IMG/VR virus record: IMGVR_UViG_3300005764_000022
Span: 1-53,852 of that record
From: a virus
Lineage: Duplodnaviria > Caudoviricetes
Strand: one strand, 5' to 3'
Length of the DNA: 53,852 nucleotides
The translations under genes were made by a program, and so were the position numbers. The notes beneath the pieces are model-generated. The model saw only the letters and a program-made list of their open reading frames with translations, was not told the origin of the DNA and did no database searches. This document shows positions 7,783-18,096 of this stretch, piece by piece (within the stretch, counting starts at the first letter, position 1; each line of letters opens with the position of its first letter).

Positions 7783-7845
7783 CGGGAATCAGCGGCTTTA
7801 GCAGGAAACACTGAAAGCGAATCGCGTTAGGCCAAGCCTAACACA

Positions 7846-8415
7846 ATGGCGCTTTTGAATGTCACACAGTATGCCCGGCATCGCGGTTGCCGACGAGCCG
7901 CGGTCCAGTTTGCGCTCGAGCGCGGACGCATCTTCAAAAACGCCGACGGGCTGATCGACTCCGAACAAGCCGACCGGGATTGGGAGGCGAACACGGACCA
8001 CAGCAACGCGCGGCCAGGTCCTAAGCCGAAGCGGACGCCTCCGCAAACGAGCCACCGTATCCCACCTCCAGCCACCGTTCCGGAATCCCGTGAGGCGCTT
8101 CAGGCGGAAGTCGCTCAATCCGGCACGCTCAGTTTTGCGAATGCGCGCGCTGTTGGCGAGATTTACCGGGCGCGGCTCCTGCGGCTCGATTACGAGATGA
8201 AGCAGGGAACGCTGATGCCCAGGCGCCAGGTCGACATCCAGACCTTCAACGTGTATCGCGTGGTGCGCGATGGCATGCTCAACATTCCCGACCGCATCGC
8301 GGCGCAGCTGGCAGCGGAATCCGATGCGACGGTGATCTACGACGTGCTGACGCGCGAGATTACCGCGGCGCTTGAGACGGTTTCGAAGCGACTCGAACAG
8401 GAGCCGGCCGCGTGA
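7846..8415 (+). CDS. terS: Terminase small subunit (Nu1-like)
   Basis: N-terminal HTH (NVTQYARHRGCRRAAVQ), C-terminal RDGMLNIPDRIA helix; GTGA-coupled to the large subunit. Confidence 0.8.
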   Translation: MALLNVTQYARHRGCRRAAVQFALERGRIFKNADGLIDSEQADRDWEANTDHSNARPGPKPKRTPPQTSHRIPPPATVPESREALQAEVAQSGTLSFANARAVGEIYRARLLRLDYEMKQGTLMPRRQVDIQTFNVYRVVRDGMLNIPDRIAAQLAAESDATVIYDVLTREITAALETVSKRLEQEPAA

Positions 8416-10346
8416 CGCCACAGGAATCCATCGGCGCGTCGATGGCTCAGGTCTCGGCCGTGGTGCGCGAGGCCGCCGCGCGCGCTCTGGCTCCCGATCC
8501 GTCGATGACGGTGAGCGAATGGGCCGACAAGAATCGCGTGCTCACGTCGCGGAGCTCGCCGGAGCCTGGTCCCTGGCGGACGTCGAGGACGCCGTACCTC
8601 AAAGAGGTCATGGACGCTCTATCGCCTTCGAACCGCGCCGAGATGGTTGTGCTCATGTCCGGTTCCCAGGTGGGAAAAACGGAATGCGGGAACAACTGGC
8701 TGGGCTACTCGATTGACATGGCTCCCGGTCCCATGATGGCCGTTCAGCCTTCGGTCGAGATGGCGAAGCGCAATTCCAAACAGCGCATCGCGCCGCTGAT
8801 CGAAGATTGCCCGGCGCTTCGGGTCAAGGTGCGCGATGCACGCTCCAGGGATTCCGGCAACACGGTCCTCGCGAAGGAATTCCCGGGCGGCATCCTGGTC
8901 ATGACCGGAGCGAACAGCGCCAAGGGATTGCGCTCGACTCCAGCGCGGTATCTGTTTCTTGACGAGGTCGACGGCTTCAAAGAGGACGTCGAAGAAGAGG
9001 GTGAGCCGTGCGACCTGGCGATAGCACGCACCACGAATTTCGCGCGGCGCAAAATCTTCATCACCTCGACTCCGGTGCTCCAGGGGCGCTCCCGCATCGA
9101 GAAGTTCTTCGAGAGCGGGACGCAGGAGCACTTTTACGTTCCGTGTCCTCACTGCGAATTCATGCAGGAGTTGAAGCCCGACAACTTCGTCTACGCGAAA
9201 GGCAATCCCGAATCCGCTCATTTCGTCTGCGAGGCTTGCGACGGCGTGATCGTGAATCACCAGAAAAACTGGATGCTCCCGCGCGGCCAATGGCGCGCTC
9301 ACAATCCCGGCGCAAAGGTTCGGAGCTTTTATCTGCCGTCCTACTACTCGCCGGTGGGCTGGTTGTCGTGGGCGAAGATTGCGGAGAAACACGAAGCCTC
9401 GGAAGAGGACTCGACCAAGCGGCAAGTATTCTGGAACACCATCCTGGGGCTGCCGTGGGCCGACCAGGGCGAAGTTCCGGACGATGCGCGCCTCTACGAG
9501 CGGCGCGAGGAGTATGCCATCGGCATCATGCCCGAAGGCGGACTCGTGCTGATTGCCGGCGCGGACGTCCAGGCCCGGCGCATCGAAATCGAAGTGGTCG
9601 CTTACGGCCGCAACGACGAGACGTGGTCGATTGATTACCGGGTGTTCGAGGGCGACACCAACCAGCCCGACATTTACAAGCAGGTAGCGAAGCTCTTGGA
9701 CGAGGATTTCCCGACGTTCTATGGAGCGCCCGCGCGAATCTCGAAGCTCGCCATCGACACCGGATACAACACGCTTGCGGTGTACGACTTTGTTCGCGAT
9801 ATGAGCGCACAGCGTGTCATGGGCGTCAAAGGCCAACAGCACTCGACCTCGTTCCTGGGAGTGCCGACTATCGTCGAGATCGGGCCCCAGGGCCGTCGCA
9901 TCAAGCATGGAGCGCGCGTGTGGCCCATCAACGTCTCGATTGCGAAGGAGCAATTGTACCGGCGCTTGCGGCTGGCCGTGCCGGATTACTCGCGCGGCGA
10001 GAAGTGGCCCGCTGGGTTCTGCCACTTCCCGCAATATTCGAAGGAATATTTCGAACAGCTGTGCGGCGAACAACTGGTAACGCGCATCGAGCGCGGCTAC
10101 CGCCGCTTCGCCTGGGAAAAGCGCCGCGACCGGAATGAGGCGCTCGATTGTCGCGTGTACGCGATGGCCGCCGCCGCGTCTCTGCGGCTTGAGACCTGGT
10201 CCGCTGAGAAGTGGGACGAGATACAGACCGCGCTTACCAGGGTGCGCGCGATTGAGCCGCCCTCGGCGACCAAGGCCCAGGTTCCGCGCGCGCCGGTTCC
10301 CGAGTTTCGAGCGTTTCCGGCCAACACGGAGTTTTCGGAGGACTAA
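8412..10346 (+). CDS. terL: Terminase large subunit, lambda gpA family
   Basis: SEWAD, RTPYL, Walker A SQVGKTE, Walker B LFLDEVD, CPHC/CEAC, GADVQ, RNEALDCRVYA. Confidence 0.97.
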   Translation: MTPQESIGASMAQVSAVVREAAARALAPDPSMTVSEWADKNRVLTSRSSPEPGPWRTSRTPYLKEVMDALSPSNRAEMVVLMSGSQVGKTECGNNWLGYSIDMAPGPMMAVQPSVEMAKRNSKQRIAPLIEDCPALRVKVRDARSRDSGNTVLAKEFPGGILVMTGANSAKGLRSTPARYLFLDEVDGFKEDVEEEGEPCDLAIARTTNFARRKIFITSTPVLQGRSRIEKFFESGTQEHFYVPCPHCEFMQELKPDNFVYAKGNPESAHFVCEACDGVIVNHQKNWMLPRGQWRAHNPGAKVRSFYLPSYYSPVGWLSWAKIAEKHEASEEDSTKRQVFWNTILGLPWADQGEVPDDARLYERREEYAIGIMPEGGLVLIAGADVQARRIEIEVVAYGRNDETWSIDYRVFEGDTNQPDIYKQVAKLLDEDFPTFYGAPARISKLAIDTGYNTLAVYDFVRDMSAQRVMGVKGQQHSTSFLGVPTIVEIGPQGRRIKHGARVWPINVSIAKEQLYRRLRLAVPDYSRGEKWPAGFCHFPQYSKEYFEQLCGEQLVTRIERGYRRFAWEKRRDRNEALDCRVYAMAAAASLRLETWSAEKWDEIQTALTRVRAIEPPSATKAQVPRAPVPEFRAFPANTEFSED

Positions 10347-10621
10347 TGCCTATCGCGCGCCCCCGTCTCTTCGATCCCACCGGCAAAACGGACTGGTGCG
10401 CTCTGTTGGCCGAAGTGCAGACCCAGTACATTGCGCTGCTTTCGGGCAGGGCCACCAGCGCGATCGAGACGCCCATGCTCGGGCGCGTCGAATTCAATAA
10501 GACCGCGGTAGGCGACATTGAACGGCTCATCGCGCAGCTGGCCGACCTGTGCGCGCAACAGAGCGGCACGTGCATTTCGCGCGTCCCCCGCGGGCCGATT
10601 TCCCTGGAGGCGGAGCCATGA
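10346..10621 (+). CDS. Head-tail joining protein, gpW-like
   Basis: Small gene between terminase and portal; LLSGRAT...RVEFNKTAVGDIERLIAQL pattern. Confidence 0.75.
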   Translation: MPIARPRLFDPTGKTDWCALLAEVQTQYIALLSGRATSAIETPMLGRVEFNKTAVGDIERLIAQLADLCAQQSGTCISRVPRGPISLEAEP

Positions 10622-12237
10622 ACGGGACTAACGACCGGGCGATTTTCCTGCAGGGGCGCTCTCCCTACGACACGTCGCACTCGGGCGCTTCGGTATTGCG
10701 CAAACAGCTTTCCAATTGGATGCCCGCACGCCTGCCCGCCGACGCGGATTTGCTTCCCGATCTCCCGGCGCTCCAATCCCGCGCTCGGGACCTCGACCGG
10801 AACAACGGCGTGGCGGCGGGTGGGCTCCAGACCCTTCAAGACAACGTGGCGGGCTACGGCCTGCGCCTCGCCGCGTACCCGGATTGGCGCGCGCTCGGGC
10901 AAACCGTCGAATGGGCCGCCGACTGGAGCCAGAACACCGAGGCGCTGTGGCGGTCCTGGGCCGATACCTGCGCCTGCGACGTCGCGCACGAGCTTACGTT
11001 CTCGGAAATGACCAAGCTGGTGTTTCGCTCGGCGCTTGAAAACGGCGAAGCCCTGGCGCTTCCCCTGTGGCAGGCCCGGCCCGAGACGCCGTTTCGAACC
11101 TGTATCCAACTGATCGAAAGCGACCGCCTGGGGAATCCGGTTCAGGACGGCATGTTGGGGTACGGCTATGGAGCCTGGGCGGGCGGCGGATTGATCGGCG
11201 CGCCCGTGGCGGCCAACGGCAGGCGCGTCATTGGCGGCATTGAGCGCGACGACTTCGGGCGGCCCTTGGCCTACTACATTCGCACCGCGTCCGATTACTG
11301 GGGCTTTGGCAGCTATCTCACGTTCGCGCCCGAGGACTGGGAGCGCATTCCCGCGGAAACCTCGTGGGGCAGGAAGCGCGTGCTCCACATGCACTCGAAA
11401 GAGCGCATCGCCCAATCCCGCGGGCGCCCGCTGCTCACGCCGGTCATTGAACAGTTCCGCATGCTCGACAGCTACGAGCGCACCGAGCTCCAATCGGCCA
11501 TCGTGAACGCGATTGTGGCGGGCGTGATCGAGACTCCCGCCACGGGCGAGGAGGTTCTCTCCACGTTCGGCGGGGACGTGAACGCTTACCTCGCTTCGAA
11601 AAACCAGTACCGGGTGCGGCTCGAAGGCGGCTCCATGATTCCGCTCTACCCCGGCGACAAAATGACGCCGTTCATTCCGGCCCGGCCCGCGGCGCAGTTT
11701 CCCTCCTTTGTCGAAGCCATCTCCAGGCAGATCGGAACAGCCATCGGAATGCCCTATGAGCTCGTGCTCAAGGATTTTTCGAAAACGAATTACAGTTCCG
11801 CGCGCGCCGCGCTCATGGAGGCGTGGCGGTTCTTCATCGTGCGGCGCCATTGGCTGGCGAATTCCTGGGCGATGCCCATTTACCGGCTGTGGCTCGAAGA
11901 AGCGGTCAACGCGGGCATGATCGAAGCGCCCGACTTTTACAAAAACCAGTACTACTACACGCGCTCCAAATGGATCGGCATGGGCCGCGGCTGGATTGAT
12001 CCGGTCAAGGAGGCCGAAGCCGCCCAACTGCGCATGGAAATCTCGATTTCGACGCTCGAGCAAGAATGCGCCGAACAGGGGCAGGATTGGCGCGAAGTGC
12101 TCGAACAACGCGCGCTCGAAACCGCGCGCATTGATCAACTGGGTTTGCCGCAGCCCGGCCCTTACCAGAAATCGCCCCCGACCGGCGAACAGCCCGTCCC
12201 CGCTCAACAACCAGGTGGTGGAGGCCCCCCGCAATGA
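10618..12237 (+). CDS. Portal protein, lambda family
   Basis: RARDLDRNN, QLIESDRL, DFSKTNYSSARAAL, GWIDPVKE; start at ATG 10618 after GGAG. Confidence 0.96.
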   Translation: MNGTNDRAIFLQGRSPYDTSHSGASVLRKQLSNWMPARLPADADLLPDLPALQSRARDLDRNNGVAAGGLQTLQDNVAGYGLRLAAYPDWRALGQTVEWAADWSQNTEALWRSWADTCACDVAHELTFSEMTKLVFRSALENGEALALPLWQARPETPFRTCIQLIESDRLGNPVQDGMLGYGYGAWAGGGLIGAPVAANGRRVIGGIERDDFGRPLAYYIRTASDYWGFGSYLTFAPEDWERIPAETSWGRKRVLHMHSKERIAQSRGRPLLTPVIEQFRMLDSYERTELQSAIVNAIVAGVIETPATGEEVLSTFGGDVNAYLASKNQYRVRLEGGSMIPLYPGDKMTPFIPARPAAQFPSFVEAISRQIGTAIGMPYELVLKDFSKTNYSSARAALMEAWRFFIVRRHWLANSWAMPIYRLWLEEAVNAGMIEAPDFYKNQYYYTRSKWIGMGRGWIDPVKEAEAAQLRMEISISTLEQECAEQGQDWREVLEQRALETARIDQLGLPQPGPYQKSPPTGEQPVPAQQPGGGGPPQ

Positions 12238-13589
12238 CGAATCAGGTTCCCTATTTCCGGCTTTTGCAGGCGATTACTTCCGAGCCCTGGGCGATGACCG
12301 AACCCATGTTGGCGCTCATCGTAGACCGCGTGCTGTACCACTCGGAAACCGACATAAAGGCGCTCGAAACCATACTCGGCCGACCGCTCGAAAATACCGG
12401 CAACCGCGTCACCACGCGCGGGCGCACCGCGGTTTTCGGAATCGAAGGGCCCATTTTCCGCTATGCGAATCTGTTCACGGCCCTGAGCGGCGCGACGTCG
12501 ATCGAGCTCTTAGCCCGCGACCTGCAAACCGCGATCAGCGACCCCAAGATTGAGCGCGCCGTGCTCAACATCAATTCGCCGGGCGGGGAAGTCGACGGCA
12601 TGAACGCCATGGCGGATTTCATCCGGCAGGCGAACGACGTAAAGCCCGTGTACGCCTATATCGACGGAACCGCCGCCAGCGCCGCGTATTGGCTGGCGTC
12701 GGCGACTCGGGGAATCGTGGCCGAAGAAGCCGCCCGGGTGGGCTCTATCGGAATCATTGCAACGGCGCTCGACAACACCGCGGCCCAAGAGCGGCAAGGG
12801 GTGAAACGCTACACCATCGTATCCAGCCAGAGCCCCAAGAAGGGCCTGAGCGTTTCCACCGACGCAGGCCGCGCGCAATTACAGGCTTTGGTGGACTCCG
12901 CCGCGGAACTGTTCATCTCCAAGGTGGCGCGGTTCCGCGGCGTCGATCCGAAAGCCGTCCAGGAAAACTTCGGGCAAGGCTTTATCGTTCCGACCGGCGA
13001 AGCTCTGAACGCCGGGATGATTGACCAAGTTTCGCCCTTCGAATCGTTCTTGAGCGGGTTCGACCGTGACCCCGCTTTTACTATCGTCCGGACACCCGCG
13101 GCGCTTGCCGCACCAGAAAAGGAGAAGCCTATGGCCGAAACTCAGCAACCGGCTGCGCCCGCGCCTCAGCCCGCCGCGCCGCCCAACCCGACACCCCCCG
13201 CCGCCGCCCCCGCGCCGGCTGCAGCGCTACAACCTGCCGCGCCCCCCGCGCCGCCGCCGCTGCCCCAGGGCCCGACCGCCCAGGAAGCCGCCACGACGGA
13301 GCGCAAGCGCGTGCAAACGATTCTCAACTCGCCGGAGGCGCAGGGGCGAGAATCCCTCGCGCGATTTCTCGCCTTCGAGCGGCCCGAGCTCGACGCGGAC
13401 TCCGCAATTATGGTGCTCAAAGCCGCGCCCAAAGAACAGAGTTCCAATCCGCTCGAACGGGCCATGGCCCACGTGCCCAATCCGAAGGTAGGCGTCTCGG
13501 CTACCGAGGTCGAAGGGACCGCGGCGGAAGAGGCGCAGCGCATTCTTGCGTTCGTACCCAAAGACCGGAAGGTGACGCGCGCCGCCTAA
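12234..13589 (+). CDS. Prohead protease, S49 family (gpC-like) with C-terminal scaffold
   Basis: LNINSPGGEV, AASAAYWLAS, VGSIG motifs; Pro/Ala-rich linker. Confidence 0.93.
   Translation: MTNQVPYFRLLQAITSEPWAMTEPMLALIVDRVLYHSETDIKALETILGRPLENTGNRVTTRGRTAVFGIEGPIFRYANLFTALSGATSIELLARDLQTAISDPKIERAVLNINSPGGEVDGMNAMADFIRQANDVKPVYAYIDGTAASAAYWLASATRGIVAEEAARVGSIGIIATALDNTAAQERQGVKRYTIVSSQSPKKGLSVSTDAGRAQLQALVDSAAELFISKVARFRGVDPKAVQENFGQGFIVPTGEALNAGMIDQVSPFESFLSGFDRDPAFTIVRTPAALAAPEKEKPMAETQQPAAPAPQPAAPPNPTPPAAAPAPAAALQPAAPPAPPPLPQGPTAQEAATTERKRVQTILNSPEAQGRESLARFLAFERPELDADSAIMVLKAAPKEQSSNPLERAMAHVPNPKVGVSATEVEGTAAEEAQRILAFVPKDRKVTRAA
13131..13589 (+). CDS. Nested in-frame scaffolding protein (Nu3-like)
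   Basis: AAAAGGAG SD before an in-frame ATG at 13131; same arrangement as lambda C/Nu3. Confidence 0.65.
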   Translation: MAETQQPAAPAPQPAAPPNPTPPAAAPAPAAALQPAAPPAPPPLPQGPTAQEAATTERKRVQTILNSPEAQGRESLARFLAFERPELDADSAIMVLKAAPKEQSSNPLERAMAHVPNPKVGVSATEVEGTAAEEAQRILAFVPKDRKVTRAA

Positions 13590-13622
13590 AAGCGCGCGAG
13601 AAAAGGAAACCCAGAAAACACT

Positions 13623-14411
13623 ATGGGACCGACCTACAATCCCCTCGGACTCGCGGGCTTCACCAGCAGCGCGGGTTCCTACGCCTACGATCCGCTCTTG
13701 AGCGACGGAGACGATGTTGTCAGCCGGAAAGGACAGTTCATCCTCGAAGTCGCGGCCCCCGATGGGCCAGTGGTGAAGCGCGGCACCATCTGCTGGTTCA
13801 ACAACACGACCGGCGATATCACGCCGGGCTCAGGGATGAACATCTGCATTCTCGCCGAGGATTGCGATACGACCGGAGCCGACACCAAGCCGGTTCAGGG
13901 CCTCTTCTACGTCTCCGGCAAGTTCAAGGCCGACGCGATCATTTGGCCCGCTGGAAGCAACCATTTGCAGGTCGCCGAAGCGTGCCGGGACTTCGGCATT
14001 CTCATCGAATCTGTCGAATGGCGAGACGGCTCCACGGTCAAGACTGCCGCAACGGAAAAGGAAGCGGCCAACGCCCGCGCCATTATTGACAAAAACCGCG
14101 CTGCGAGGAAGGAGGCGGAGACGGAAGCCGCCAAACCGCGCACTGATGCAACGGATTCGCCCTGGGCCTATCTCACGCCCGAAGAGCGCGAGAAACACCC
14201 CGAGCTCGCCAACCTACCGATGTCCGCGGATCTGAAACACGAGCTCGGCCTCGACGAAGGGAAAACCGATCAGAAGGCCGCCGACAAAGCCCAGGGGCAG
14301 CAAAGCGGCCAACAGGAGCCCCATAAAGAAGCGGCGAAGAACGATCCGCACGCCCAACACCAGCAGCATCCCGCGGGCCACAACAAGCCGCCCGAGAAAG
14401 GCAACAAGTAA
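13623..14411 (+). CDS. Head decoration protein (gpD-like) with long charged C-terminal extension
   Basis: Between protease and capsid; VKRGTI, CILAEDCDT, YVSGKFKADAIIWP. Confidence 0.8.
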   Translation: MGPTYNPLGLAGFTSSAGSYAYDPLLSDGDDVVSRKGQFILEVAAPDGPVVKRGTICWFNNTTGDITPGSGMNICILAEDCDTTGADTKPVQGLFYVSGKFKADAIIWPAGSNHLQVAEACRDFGILIESVEWRDGSTVKTAATEKEAANARAIIDKNRAARKEAETEAAKPRTDATDSPWAYLTPEEREKHPELANLPMSADLKHELGLDEGKTDQKAADKAQGQQSGQQEPHKEAAKNDPHAQHQQHPAGHNKPPEKGNK

Positions 14412-14480
14412 AAGAACCGTTCTGGAGCGCGCGCATGTTGCGCCGACGGCTGCGCGGCTCCGGACGAAAAAGGAGCAACT

Positions 14481-15497
14481 ATGGACCTTTATTCGACCGA
14501 TGTACTCAACGCCGTCGTCGCCTCGCTGATCGGGGGAAGCCAGTTTCTACTCGACCGCTATTTCTCGAACGTGCAGACCGACACGGCGGAAGAAATCCAC
14601 TTCGACCAGCTGGACGGCAAGCGCCGCATTTCGCCCTTCGTTTCGCCGCTCGTAGAAGGGCAGATCGTCGCCAGCCTGGGCTACAAAACCAGTTCGTTCA
14701 AGCCCGCTTACATCAAAGACAAGCGCGTGTTTGACATGAACCGGCCCCTAAAGCGGTCGCCCGGCGAACAACTGGGCGGATCGCTCTCGCCCATCAACCG
14801 CCTGCGCGCGCTGATCGCTCAAGACATGCAGGATCAGCTTGCCATGCTTCGCCGCCGCCTGGAGGTTATGGCCGGGGAAGTTCTCGCAACCGGCAAGCTG
14901 ACCATCTCGGGCGACAAATACCCGACCGTTATTCTCGACTTCGGGCGGGCGCCGGTAGTGCCGCCCGCGCCGCTGTGGAACGACCCTGCCGCGGTGCCCC
15001 TGACGGACCTCGAAGACTGGGCCATGACGCTCTTGCAATCGACCGGCGCTATGCCGCGGGACGTGATCATGACCGTTGACACCTGGAAGGCGTTCTCGAA
15101 CAACAAACAGGTCCAAGCCCAACTCGACCGTTACCGGACCATGACCGCGCTCCCCGCGCTCTCGGGGGACGCGCCGGTTCTCGAAGGCGGCATTTACATG
15201 GGCATGATTTCGGGCTTCAACATTTACGTCTACTCGGGCTGGTACGTGGACCCGAGCGACGGCGTCGAGAAGCCCACTCTGCCCCCCGGCACAGCGATTC
15301 TGTGCTCTGTAGCGATTGAAGGCTATCAGGCCTATGGCGCGATCCGCGACGAAGAGGTGGGGCTCCAGGCCATGCCGTACTTCGTCAAAAGCTGGATCGA
15401 GCCCGATCCGAGCGTGCGCTTCGTCATGATGCAGTCGGCTCCGATTCTGGTTCCCTACCGGATCGGCGCGTCGACCGCCGTGAAGGTGCTGCCCTAA
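14481..15497 (+). CDS. Major capsid protein, lambda gpE family
   Basis: FLLDRYF, RISPFVSPLVEG, FKPAYIKDK, RRLEVMA, DPSVRFVMMQSAPI; AAGGAG RBS. Confidence 0.96.
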   Translation: MDLYSTDVLNAVVASLIGGSQFLLDRYFSNVQTDTAEEIHFDQLDGKRRISPFVSPLVEGQIVASLGYKTSSFKPAYIKDKRVFDMNRPLKRSPGEQLGGSLSPINRLRALIAQDMQDQLAMLRRRLEVMAGEVLATGKLTISGDKYPTVILDFGRAPVVPPAPLWNDPAAVPLTDLEDWAMTLLQSTGAMPRDVIMTVDTWKAFSNNKQVQAQLDRYRTMTALPALSGDAPVLEGGIYMGMISGFNIYVYSGWYVDPSDGVEKPTLPPGTAILCSVAIEGYQAYGAIRDEEVGLQAMPYFVKSWIEPDPSVRFVMMQSAPILVPYRIGASTAVKVLP

Positions 15498-15597
15498 ACA
15501 GATCCGTTCTCCTCGGCGGGAGGGCGGACACCCCGCGCTCGGCTTTAGAGCCAGCGTCCCCGGTTTCTTGAGAAGGGCGCGGGGCTGGAAGAAAGAC

Positions 15598-15978
15598 ATG
15601 GGAGCTAACGTAGGTTCGCAATTCTCAGCGCTGTTCGCGCCCACGCTGTGGGAACAGCAACTCGCCATGTTCGGACGCACGGTCCAGTACCGGCAGGTGT
15701 CCGACCTCAACACGCCGCTGGAGCTCCAGGGAGTTTGGAAGGAGGGCTTTGCCGATGAAGCGGTTTCGCCGGGCCGGTATTCGATCCTTGTGGTTCGCAA
15801 TTCCGACCTCCCCGGCGGCGGCCCGCAAAAGAGCGATCAGGTAACGAACGGCTCGGACGTGTACACGGTGGTGTCTGTGTCCGCCGACGCCCTGGGCTTT
15901 TCCGCTTTGACCATGAAGAAAAGCGGAGCTCTCGAAGAGGGGGGAGGACGGCGGCGCCGAACGCCATGGGAACCGTAG
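15598..15978 (+). CDS. Head-tail adaptor/stopper (gpFII-like, putative)
   Basis: Position after capsid; FGRTVQY...PQKSDQVT.GSDVYTVVSV beta-rich pattern. Confidence 0.6.
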   Translation: MGANVGSQFSALFAPTLWEQQLAMFGRTVQYRQVSDLNTPLELQGVWKEGFADEAVSPGRYSILVVRNSDLPGGGPQKSDQVTNGSDVYTVVSVSADALGFSALTMKKSGALEEGGGRRRRTPWEP

Positions 15979-16448
15979 GACTCAAGGCGCGGGTTCAAGC
16001 CAAGCTCGCGCTCACGATCAAAGTCAAGCGGACCGGCCGCGTGCGGCCCGCCGACCTCGATCAATCCTGGCTCACTCGCATCGGTAATTACATGGTCACG
16101 AAACAAAAGGAGCGGTGGGCCCAGGCCATCAACGCCGAGGGCAATCCGGCCAGGCCGCTATCGGTCAAATACCTGTTTGAAAAGCGCGCCTATACGGGCA
16201 ACACCAAGCCCAAGCGCGATATGAAAATGACCGGCGAAACCATCGCCAATTTCCAACTCCGCAAAGCCAACAATGGGACCATTCGAGCGGAGAATACGAC
16301 GCGCCTGGCGCGCAAGAAAGCCGACCGCGCTCAGGGCTATGAACAGATGATCGGCTTCGCTGGCAGTGATCAGATGGCGATTTTCAACGCGACCCAAAAG
16401 GTCTACGGCGAAAAGCTCAAGACGGCTTGGGTTCCATTGACGAAATGA
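15966..16448 (+). CDS. Virion morphogenesis/tail completion protein (putative)
   Basis: Basic neck-region protein with PLSVKY...DMKMTG pattern. Confidence 0.55.
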   Translation: MGTVGLKARVQAKLALTIKVKRTGRVRPADLDQSWLTRIGNYMVTKQKERWAQAINAEGNPARPLSVKYLFEKRAYTGNTKPKRDMKMTGETIANFQLRKANNGTIRAENTTRLARKKADRAQGYEQMIGFAGSDQMAIFNATQKVYGEKLKTAWVPLTK

Positions 16449-16909
16449 TCGACATTACCGAGCTCACCAACGACCACGTGACGACGTTCCAGAGCATTCC
16501 GGAAGTCGTAGCGGAGCTCACCGGCCAGGACCCGTCGAAGATCATCGGCTGGATCGACCACAATGCCGACATGAACCAGTTCCGCCGCGGCCAGTTCGAA
16601 ATGGAAGATGGCTCGGTGCTCGTCGCTTACATCGAAACGCTGAACGGCGAAACGCCCAACCAAACCGGCAAGTGGATCCACAAGTTTTCCTACTTTGTGC
16701 GGGCCAGAGAGGGCGCGAGCGCCTACACGCTGATCAACGCGCTGGTCGACGGCGTTCCGGACCCGGGCGACGGCCAACGCTGGCGCACCTGCGGACTCAT
16801 GGGCGGAATTCTGCCGGTGAGCATTACACAGATTGAACGGCTCGAGGACGATGCCGAAATTGACTATTACGCAATTCACGCCGAACTTTCAGAAAGCGGA
16901 GATGCTTAA
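16445..16909 (+). CDS. Tail terminator (putative)
   Basis: Acidic 154-aa gene just before the tail tube; ATGA coupling. Confidence 0.5.
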   Translation: MIDITELTNDHVTTFQSIPEVVAELTGQDPSKIIGWIDHNADMNQFRRGQFEMEDGSVLVAYIETLNGETPNQTGKWIHKFSYFVRAREGASAYTLINALVDGVPDPGDGQRWRTCGLMGGILPVSITQIERLEDDAEIDYYAIHAELSESGDA

Positions 16910-16911
16910 AA

Positions 16912-18063
16912 ATGACCCCAACTCAACCTATCGCTGATCCTAAAATGCCGCCCGTACTCCCCGCTAGGGGCTCGCGCGGAAATCGGGCTGGTGCGCCACG
17001 CGCTGGCGCAAGCTGCCCGGCCAACACTCGCGAGACGCAAATCGGATTCGGCTACGTGCCGCAAGCCGACGTAGCAACTGCGAACGTGCTCGCCGACATC
17101 TGGAGCATGACCAAAAACAACTCGGCGATGGGCGTGATCGACCTGACCACCGAAGATAACGCGGATGACATCGGGAAAGGCGATGAGTTTCCAACCATCA
17201 ACTACCCGACCACGGCCTCGACCGCTGTGCCGATTGAGAAGTACACGAGCTCGGAATTCGCGGCCTGGGCTTTCCTGTTCGGACTCGGCAATGGAACCAA
17301 ATCGGGCACCGCTCCAGGCGCTTTGACCTACGTGGCGGAAGTGTCCGACCCGGCTGTGGACTGCATCAACGTTCCGGCTTTTACCTACATAGAGCAGATC
17401 CGGCCCGGCGCCAATTACGTTGTTGACCACGACTTTATTGGCATGTGCGTGAACGATTTCACGCTCACGCTTGAATCCGGACCTGGCCGCAACAATTGCA
17501 GGATGGTGGTGAATTGCCTGGGCACCGGCCGCATGACGGTTCCCTCGGGCATCGTTCTTCCCGCGCTCACGCCGGAGCACCTGTTGAACGCGACCGCGGC
17601 GACCACGCTCACCATCAACGGCATTGACTACCTGTTGGGCGGCAACTTTATCTCGCTCGAATTTCGATATACGAACAATATCCGCACCGATTCGGGTTAT
17701 TACCCGGGCTCGGGCTCCCAGAACGGCTTTGCCGTCCGCGGCCGCATGGAGTACAACAAGCGCGAGTTTACGCTCAACTTCGTCGCGCGCGCGCAAAAGG
17801 GTTCGGTCGAATTGAACAACCTGACCAACCAGACCGAGGGATCGGTTCACATCGTTGTCCCGGGCGCAACGATTGGCTTGGGGCCAGCCACTCACGAGAT
17901 TGATATTTTGCTCAATCGCACCGTCATCAGCGCCTATACGACCGGCGACGCCGATGGCCTCGTGACGGTCAATTGCAGCGCGAAGATCATGAAGCCCACC
18001 ACGGCGACGCCGATGGTGCAGCTAACCGCGGTAACGACGCAAGACGGGATTTTTGGGCTCTAA
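16912..18063 (+). CDS. Major tail tube protein
   Basis: Thr/Gly-rich, upstream of chaperone and tape measure; GMCVNDFTLT pattern. Confidence 0.75.
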   Translation: MTPTQPIADPKMPPVLPARGSRGNRAGAPRAGASCPANTRETQIGFGYVPQADVATANVLADIWSMTKNNSAMGVIDLTTEDNADDIGKGDEFPTINYPTTASTAVPIEKYTSSEFAAWAFLFGLGNGTKSGTAPGALTYVAEVSDPAVDCINVPAFTYIEQIRPGANYVVDHDFIGMCVNDFTLTLESGPGRNNCRMVVNCLGTGRMTVPSGIVLPALTPEHLLNATAATTLTINGIDYLLGGNFISLEFRYTNNIRTDSGYYPGSGSQNGFAVRGRMEYNKREFTLNFVARAQKGSVELNNLTNQTEGSVHIVVPGATIGLGPATHEIDILLNRTVISAYTTGDADGLVTVNCSAKIMKPTTATPMVQLTAVTTQDGIFGL

Positions 18064-18096
18064 CGAGCCACTTTTGACCACAAAGGGGATACCACT

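Noticed and set aside
8619-12234. Long antisense ORFs (484 and 666 aa) opposite terminase and portal
   Set aside because: Typical shadow frames of GC-rich genes; no motifs or RBS
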